NCBI GenBank assembly: GCA_964421975.1
Contig: CAYQZL010000002.1
Span: 7,291-71,290, forward strand
From: an uncultured Rikenellaceae bacterium
GTDB taxonomy: Bacteria; Bacteroidota; Bacteroidia; Bacteroidales; VadinHA17
Direction: 5' to 3'
DNA length: 64,000 nucleotides
Shown here: positions 58,481 through 64,000 of the stretch, piece by piece
Position numbering within the stretch: the stretch's first letter is position 1
How the letters are laid out: each line of letters opens with the position of its first letter
Made by a program: the position numbers and the translations under genes
The notes under the pieces: generated by a model
Told to the model about the DNA's origin: nothing
Databases searched by the model: none
Seen by the model: the letters and a program-made list of their open reading frames with translations, nothing else

Positions 58481-59332
58481 ATGAGCTTAAAAAAATTCAT
58501 CTTCAGTAAACTGTTCCTTAAACAACTTGGAATTGCCTTTTTAATCATCTTTGGTTCCCTGATGATACTTCTTATCGGATTAAATATCTATACACGTCAC
58601 GGACAGGCAGTTCCGGTCCCTGATTTCGTGGGTCTCAACATGGACGCTACCAAAGTCCTGGCAAAAAAATCAAAAATGAGATACCATGTGGTAGATTCAG
58701 TCTTTACGGCTCACGTAATGAGGGGTTGTGTGGCCGAACAAAATCCAAAACCTGGTTTTAAAGTAAAAAAATGGAGAAATGTTGCCCTTACCATCAATGC
58801 ATTTCGGCCCGAAATGGTGGCTGTCCCCGATCTGGTTGACCTTCCATTGAGACAGGCTATCTCACTGCTGGAAAGTTCAGGACTGGTTATGGGTACATTA
58901 CGGTACAAACCCGACCTTTCCGTTAATATTGTTCTCAGTCAGTTACATAACGGAAAAGAGATCTCAGCTCCGGATTCATTGCAGAAAGGTTCGGTAATCG
59001 ATCTGGTGCTCGGAAAAGGTCTGAGCAACCAGAGAACGTCTGTGCCTGATCTGTTAGGCCTGAACCTTGAATCTGCAACCGACAGGATATTGAGTGCAGC
59101 TCTTAACCTCGGGACATTTATTTTTGATAATACAATCCGTACAGGTGAAGACAGCCTCAAAGCATTTGTTTACAAGCAAAATCCGGAATACAGGTATGAT
59201 GCAACACTCCAGCTGGGATCGTCAATCTATCTTTGGCTTACGACCGATTCACTGAAAATGCCATCTGATTCAATCCATACCGCCACGGACACAACATTAA
59301 CGGCAGTGGTTTTTACCGGAAAGGTTAAATGA
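58481..59332 (+). CDS. membrane-anchored PASTA-domain protein (three PASTA repeats, no kinase or PBP domain)
   Basis: 283 aa. N-terminal TM helix (LGIAFLIIFGSLMILLIGL). Three repeats each start V-P-D-(F/L)-(V/L)-G-L: VPVPDFVGLNMDAT, VAVPDLVDLPLRQAISLLESSGL and TSVPDLLGLNLESATDRILSAAL. Confidence 0.8.
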   Translation: MSLKKFIFSKLFLKQLGIAFLIIFGSLMILLIGLNIYTRHGQAVPVPDFVGLNMDATKVLAKKSKMRYHVVDSVFTAHVMRGCVAEQNPKPGFKVKKWRNVALTINAFRPEMVAVPDLVDLPLRQAISLLESSGLVMGTLRYKPDLSVNIVLSQLHNGKEISAPDSLQKGSVIDLVLGKGLSNQRTSVPDLLGLNLESATDRILSAALNLGTFIFDNTIRTGEDSLKAFVYKQNPEYRYDATLQLGSSIYLWLTTDSLKMPSDSIHTATDTTLTAVVFTGKVK

Positions 59333-61182
59333 TCCTTATGAGAAAGAGGATTGTATTAAATATAATCATATTTCTTGCCTTTACAGCTTACCTGACAGGT
59401 CAGGAGGTTCTGAGCGGTCTGACCTCTAACCGGATATTGAAAAATACCCGTTCACAGTTTGCCAGATCACTTTCAGCAGATACCCTGAAACTTCCGTTTT
59501 TTGATGATTTCTCAGGTAATGATATATTCCCCGATACAAAGCGCTGGAGCGATAATGATGTATTCATTAATAATACCTATTCGGAAAATCAGATAACAAC
59601 AGGTATTGCAACATTCGATGCTCTTAACAGTTCCGGAAGATTGTATGAAATAGCATCTGAAATTACATTCAGGGCTGATTACCTTACTTCACAACCCATA
59701 GATCTCAATTTCAGCGGGACTGATAATATATGGCTGAGCTTTTATTATCAGCCGGGGGGACTTGCGGATCTGCCTGAGGAAAACGACACCCTTACACTGA
59801 ATTTCTTTGCTCCTGAAGAGAAAAGATGGTATTCGGTATGGAGAGCCCATGGAGATTCCTCTGAAAGCTTCAGACCGGTCATGCTGAAAATTGAAGACCC
59901 GAGATTCCTGAAAAAGGGATTCCGTTTCAGGTTCGTTAATTATGCGAGCCTAAGTCCGAATAAGGCTGATCCGTCAATGACAGGTAATTGTGATCACTGG
60001 AATATAGATTACGTGATGCTCGATAAAAACAGAAATGAGGGAGATACAATCTTCCCCGATGTGGCATTCCGTAAACCATTCCGTTCGCTCCTGAAGAATC
60101 ACGAATCAATGCCTCCGGCACATTTCAACAAGATTTACCTTCAGGAAATGGGAGCAACAATTCCTGTGAGCTACAGGAATAATGACACAATAGTAAGGAA
60201 TGTAACCAGGAATTTCAGAATATGGGATGTATATAAGAATGAGGAAGCAATATCCTTTTCAGCAGGAGCAACAAATATTGATCCTCTTACCAGTGTTGAC
60301 TTTAATGCCAATCTTTTCTACACTTTCAATACCGTCAGCCGTGATTCAGCACTTTTTAAGGTGACCAGCTGGCTGATCACTGATGATTTTGATCCTAAAA
60401 GCAATGATACTGTTACATATTACCAGGTATTTAAAAATTATTTTGCATTTGATGACGGTTCAGCTGAAGCAGGTTATGGTATAAACGGCCTCGGATCAAG
60501 AAATGCCATGGTTGCGGTCAGGTTCAGGGCTTTTACCGAAGATACCCTGAGGGCTGTAAGTATTTGCTTCAACGACAGCTACAGGAACGCCAACCAGAGG
60601 AATTTCAGTCTGATGATATGGAACGACAATAACGGATTGCCCGGTGATGTAATTTATACCAGACAGGAAACAATGGTTGAACAGGGAGATGATATAAACG
60701 GATTCCATACATACTTTCTCCCTTCAGGTATTGCAGTGAAAGATTTCTTTTATGTAGGATGGAAACAAAGATCAGAAACATTCCTCAATGCAGGATTTGA
60801 TCTGAATACACCCAATAAGGGTAACCTGTTATACTGGATGAACGGCGCATGGTTCAGTTCACAGCTTCCGGGGACATTAATGATAAGACCTGTTGCCGGG
60901 CCTCCGGTCAATACATCTGTAAATGAAGTATACTATAATACGGGAAAAACTGTTCATTTCTATCCCAATCCGGCTGCTGATCACATATCATTTGACAGAA
61001 AAGATCTCACAGATCCGGATCTTTATGATGTTTCAATATTTGATATCAACGGAAGGGAGCTGAAAAAGGTAAGACTGACCGACAAAGTCGATATATCATC
61101 GCTCAGTGATGGTGTATATATAGTTGTACTCAGCAGGAACGGAATACCGGCAGGATATAACCGTCTCATTAAAGCAAAGTGA
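59329..61182 (+). CDS. secreted protein with T9SS (Por) C-terminal sorting domain
   Basis: 617 aa with a signal peptide. The C-terminal ~80 aa match the T9SS CTD pattern (VHFYPNPAADHISF .. VSIFDINGRELKKV .. LSDGVYIVVL). The start may be the Met at 59338. The body is uncharacterised. Confidence 0.75.
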   Translation: MILMRKRIVLNIIIFLAFTAYLTGQEVLSGLTSNRILKNTRSQFARSLSADTLKLPFFDDFSGNDIFPDTKRWSDNDVFINNTYSENQITTGIATFDALNSSGRLYEIASEITFRADYLTSQPIDLNFSGTDNIWLSFYYQPGGLADLPEENDTLTLNFFAPEEKRWYSVWRAHGDSSESFRPVMLKIEDPRFLKKGFRFRFVNYASLSPNKADPSMTGNCDHWNIDYVMLDKNRNEGDTIFPDVAFRKPFRSLLKNHESMPPAHFNKIYLQEMGATIPVSYRNNDTIVRNVTRNFRIWDVYKNEEAISFSAGATNIDPLTSVDFNANLFYTFNTVSRDSALFKVTSWLITDDFDPKSNDTVTYYQVFKNYFAFDDGSAEAGYGINGLGSRNAMVAVRFRAFTEDTLRAVSICFNDSYRNANQRNFSLMIWNDNNGLPGDVIYTRQETMVEQGDDINGFHTYFLPSGIAVKDFFYVGWKQRSETFLNAGFDLNTPNKGNLLYWMNGAWFSSQLPGTLMIRPVAGPPVNTSVNEVYYNTGKTVHFYPNPAADHISFDRKDLTDPDLYDVSIFDINGRELKKVRLTDKVDISSLSDGVYIVVLSRNGIPAGYNRLIKAK

Positions 61183-61189
61183 TTCCCTG

Positions 61190-62230
61190 ATGTCAGAAGA
61201 GGAAATAGCCGAAAAACAGGAACTGTTTGAACATTACCGGTTTAAGGTTGATCCCGGACAATCCCTTCTCAGGATCGACAAATATCTTTCTTCCAGGATC
61301 GAAAATATCTCCAGAACAAGAATTCAGAATGCAGCAAATGCAGGCAATATACTGGTGAACAATAAACCCGTTAAACCTAATTACAGGGTTAAGCCTGAAG
61401 ATATTGTACAGATAGTCCTTCCTGATCCCCCCAGGGAAATTGATCTGATACCTGAGAATATACCGATAAATATAATCTATGAGGATGACGACGTGATAGT
61501 CGTTAACAAGGCTCCCGGAATGGTTGTTCATCCAGCTTATGGCAATTATGCCGGAACACTTGTCAATGCACTTATGTGGCATTTCAGGGATCTGCCGCTA
61601 TTCTCTTCCGGGGAATTACGGCCGGGTCTTGTTCACAGAATAGACAAGAACACTTCCGGGATCCTCGTTATAGCAAAAAATGAACCAGCTCTCAACAGAC
61701 TTTCAAGACAGTTCTACGAAAGAACAACCGGGCGGAAGTATATTGCACTTGTGTGGGGAGTACCAGAACCAGCTGAGGGTACAATAAGCGGACATGTCGG
61801 CCGTAACCTTCGCGACAGGAAGATCATGCAGGTTTTCCCGGACGGAAGCCAGGGGAAAGCTGCCGTAACTCATTATAAGGTAACCGAAGATTTCGGATAT
61901 GTTTCACTTCTTGAATGCAGGCTTGAGACCGGAAGGACGCACCAGATAAGGGTTCATTTCAGCTTTACCGGACATCCTTTGTTCAATGATGATGAATATG
62001 GAGGTGACAGGATCCTTAAAGGAACCACATTCTCTAAATATCAGCAATTTGTCAGGAATTGTTTTCATTTGCTGCCGCGGCAGGCACTGCATGCCAAATC
62101 CCTGTCGTTTGATCATCCGGTAACCGGGAAAAGGTTATTTTTTGATTCTGAACTGCCGGATGATATGCAGCAGGTAATTACCCGCTGGAGACAATATGTA
62201 TCGTTGAGAGATACAAAAAGCTCAAAATAA
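61190..62230 (+). CDS. rluD: 23S rRNA pseudouridine synthase, RluD/RluA family
   Basis: S4-like N-terminus (LLRIDKYLSSRI), HRIDKNTSGILVIAKN (catalytic Asp) and GRTHQIRVH. The Met at 61190 avoids overlap with the preceding gene. Confidence 0.9.
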   Translation: MSEEEIAEKQELFEHYRFKVDPGQSLLRIDKYLSSRIENISRTRIQNAANAGNILVNNKPVKPNYRVKPEDIVQIVLPDPPREIDLIPENIPINIIYEDDDVIVVNKAPGMVVHPAYGNYAGTLVNALMWHFRDLPLFSSGELRPGLVHRIDKNTSGILVIAKNEPALNRLSRQFYERTTGRKYIALVWGVPEPAEGTISGHVGRNLRDRKIMQVFPDGSQGKAAVTHYKVTEDFGYVSLLECRLETGRTHQIRVHFSFTGHPLFNDDEYGGDRILKGTTFSKYQQFVRNCFHLLPRQALHAKSLSFDHPVTGKRLFFDSELPDDMQQVITRWRQYVSLRDTKSSK

Positions 62231-62239
62231 TCATGCTTT

Positions 62240-62364
62240 CAGCTCTGAGCTCTTCACCCTCTTTCCTTTGCTCTCGTCCTTTGCCCTCGGCCCTCTGCCC
62301 TTCGCCCTTCGTTCTTTGCCCTTTGCTCTTTACCCTGCGCTCTTAGCCCTTCGCCCTGAGCCTT
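62240..62364. repeat. tandem heptanucleotide tract, ~18 units of NNGCYCT (plus strand) / AGRGCNN (minus strand)
   Basis: Reading from 62240: CAGCTCT GAGCTCT TCACCCT CTTTCCT TTGCTCT CGTCCT TTGCCCT CGGCCCT CTGCCCT TCGCCCT TCGTTCT TTGCCCT TTGCTCT TTACCCT GCGCTCT TAGCCCT TCGCCCT GAGCCTT. It fills the whole gap between the convergent stops at 62230 and 62366. Confidence 0.9.
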
Positions 62365-62365
62365 T

Positions 62366-63172
62366 TCACCAGCTCCCGCTGGCTCCGCCGCCTCCGAAGC
62401 TGCCTCCGCCGAAGCCTCCGAATCCGCCACCACCTCTGCTACCTCCTGAAAAACCTCCCCATGATCCTCTGTGGGAATTACTTCCGGAGTTCATCATTGA
62501 AAGGAGTAGCCATAACGGCAGACCCTTGTCACTTATATGCTTCTGATTCCTGCCGCCGGTACTCCTGAAAAACATAAATATTATAATTAATATAATGATG
62601 ATTATGAAAGGTGCTATTTCCCCTGTACTACCTCCGGTATTCCCGTACTCATCAGCACTGAATTCACCGCTTGCGAGCTGCATCAGCACTGTCGTTGCCT
62701 TATCAAGTCCTCCGAAATAGTCGCCCTGCCTGAAAGAAGGCAGTATTTCCTGATCGATGATCCTGGCACAGGTAAGATCCGGGATAGCGCCTTCAAGACC
62801 ATATCCCTGCGCTATTGACACCTGTCCCATGGAATTGTCTGTCTTGGGTTTGACCAGAATAAGGATCCCGTTATCAAGACCTCTCTGTCCTATCCCCCAT
62901 TGTTCCGCCAGACGCTGTGCATAATCAGCCACATCATAACCTTTCAGATCATTTACAATGACTATAGCTATCTGTGTTGATGTTGAATCATTGAAAGCTA
63001 CCAGCTTGTTTTCCAGTTCGCTTATTTCCCTGCCATTCAGCATTCCGGCAAAATCATTTACCAGCCGCGGGGGATATTGCTTTTCCGGAAAATCCTGTGC
63101 TTCAATAGCTGCCGACACCGACAGACCAACGAAGAATATGAGAAATAACTTCAGCCAGTTCCTGAATTTCAT
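62366..63172 (-). CDS. TPM-domain (YgcG-like) membrane protein with Gly-rich C-terminal tail
   Basis: 268 aa with a signal peptide. TPM fold motifs (VNDFAGML, TSTQIAIVIV, GILILV), a TM helix (IAPFIIIIILIIIFMFF) and the tail GGFSGGSRGGGGFGGFGGGSFGGGGASGSW. Confidence 0.8.
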   Translation of the reverse strand: MKFRNWLKLFLIFFVGLSVSAAIEAQDFPEKQYPPRLVNDFAGMLNGREISELENKLVAFNDSTSTQIAIVIVNDLKGYDVADYAQRLAEQWGIGQRGLDNGILILVKPKTDNSMGQVSIAQGYGLEGAIPDLTCARIIDQEILPSFRQGDYFGGLDKATTVLMQLASGEFSADEYGNTGGSTGEIAPFIIIIILIIIFMFFRSTGGRNQKHISDKGLPLWLLLSMMNSGSNSHRGSWGGFSGGSRGGGGFGGFGGGSFGGGGASGSW

Positions 63173-63627
63173 ACCATACCAGTTAAAGTGGGATCATCAA
63201 AAGAAATCTCATCAGGAAGTTCATTGACATCATCTTTCTGAAAGGGAAAATGTTCCTTCAGCTGAGTACCGGCAAGGAGTATCCCTTCCACCAGTCCTTC
63301 GGTGAACTTCCCGGTCCTGAAATTTTGTTCAAGGCCTGCTTTTATTTCATCCCAGAAATTTTCAGGGACTTTCGCATTGATGCCCTGATCGCCGATGACG
63401 GCAAAACTTTTATTCGTCACTGCCAGATAAAACAGTACACCGTTCCGTAATTCAGTACCGTGCATACCAATTCTCTTAAATATCCAGGCCGCTCTGTCCA
63501 GAACATTTCCCGAAAGCTTTGTCTCAATATGGACTCTGATCTCTCCCGAGGTTCTGTCTTCAGCTTCTTTTATTGCATTACGGATCTGATCCTGTTGTTC
63601 CCTGGTAAAAAACTCTGAAGCTTTCAT
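63169..63627 (-). CDS. TPM-domain protein (cytoplasmic, DUF477-like)
   Basis: 152 aa. TSGEIRVHIE and NGVLFYLAVTNKSFAVIGDQGI. A 4-nt ATGA overlap links it to the downstream TPM gene. Confidence 0.75.
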   Translation of the reverse strand: MKASEFFTREQQDQIRNAIKEAEDRTSGEIRVHIETKLSGNVLDRAAWIFKRIGMHGTELRNGVLFYLAVTNKSFAVIGDQGINAKVPENFWDEIKAGLEQNFRTGKFTEGLVEGILLAGTQLKEHFPFQKDDVNELPDEISFDDPTLTGMV

Positions 63628-63647
63628 GTATTCCTGATTAAAGACAA

Positions 63648-64000
63648 TCAGAATTTAACTTCCGGAGCTTTTTCGGCCCCTTCCATAGACTCAAAATATG
63701 GTTTCGCCGCGAAATTGAACATTCCTGCAATTATGTTTGCAGGGAATCTCCTTATATATGTATTGAACTCCCGGGCCACATCATTGAATTTTCTTCTTTC
63801 AACCGATATACGGTTCTCTGTTCCTTCCAGTTCAACCTGAAGATCTCTGAAATTTTGTGTAGCCTTGATATCAGGATATCTTTCCACAACAACCATCAGC
63901 CTTGACAGAGCAGAACTCACTTCACTTTGTGCAGCCTGGAACTGCTGCAGATTTTCAGCAGTCATATTGGCCGGGTCGATCGTTACCTGAGTGGCTTTTG
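63648..64000 (-). CDS. lemA: LemA family protein; N-terminal part lies beyond the right window edge
   Basis: ALSRLMVVVERYPDIKATQNFRDLQVELEGTENRISVERRKFNDV..FPANIIAGMFNF is the LemA signature. The frame stays open from the listed Met (63965) to base 64000 (..KATQVTIDPAN-M). Confidence 0.88.
   Translation of the reverse strand, partial: KATQVTIDPANMTAENLQQFQAAQSEVSSALSRLMVVVERYPDIKATQNFRDLQVELEGTENRISVERRKFNDVAREFNTYIRRFPANIIAGMFNFAAKPYFESMEGAEKAPEVKF

Noticed and set aside
62268-62546. 92-aa Pro/Leu-rich ORF on the plus strand (..PPPPKLPPPKPPNPPPPLLPPEKPP..)
   Set aside because: It is the antisense shadow of the Gly-rich tail of the TPM protein (GGC/GGA codons read as Pro on the opposite strand) plus the heptamer tract. 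It has no independent start context or promoter.
1-64000. Search for mobile elements, prophage, defence islands, rRNA or tRNA genes
   Set aside because: I recognised no transposase, integrase, recombinase, restriction-modification, toxin-antitoxin, cas or phage structural signatures among the ORFs. No tRNA-like GTTCRANYC T-loop context occurs in the intergenic gaps, and there is no rRNA-like sequence. The window reads as syntenic housekeeping chromosome.

Overview
This 64-kb window is mostly core chromosome from a moderately AT-rich member of the Bacteroidota. Supporting signals are a T9SS C-terminal sorting domain, a GldB-like lipoprotein, a DUF1573 protein, a MurF-Alr fusion, ECF sigma factors and TAnnTTTG -7 promoter boxes. 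About 50 tightly packed genes cover almost all of it. They include bcp, recA, miaA, smpB, uvrA, lpdA, a ZnuABC-like metal importer, nadE, tdk, rsmI, dnaB, ispE, tgt, rsmG, rpmH and rluD. Also present are a GH38 mannosidase, S9 and M14 peptidases, a two-component system, methylmalonyl-CoA carboxyltransferase with a biotin carrier, and a LemA-TPM-TPM module. I found no rRNA, tRNA, cas gene, transposase, integrase, or toxin or defence gene. Two real genes fall below the ORF-track cut-off: a 56-aa 2x[4Fe-4S] ferredoxin and rpmH. One truncated gene at the left edge (TPR/SPOR) is also missing from the track. The unusual material is mostly non-coding. First, a roughly 550-bp tandem array of about 50-bp units, each with a GC hairpin whose stems co-vary, fills the rsmG-rpmH spacer. 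Second, a roughly 125-bp heptanucleotide tract (NNGCYCT) with G-quadruplex potential on the minus strand fills the rluD/TPM convergent gap. Third, a CTTNGTG-unit palindrome lies between tdk and murF-alr. Fourth, a perfect 38-bp AT-rich palindrome acts as a likely terminator. On the protein side there are three points. A tandem M14 pair has an upstream copy that appears to have lost its catalytic residues. GC-rich Pro/Gly-rich insertions occur in three unrelated exported or membrane proteins. Several multidomain outer-membrane proteins are uncharacterised. I see no convincing self-contained novel system such as a defence island or biosynthetic cluster. All functional calls come from motif recognition by eye and need HMM or BLAST confirmation.
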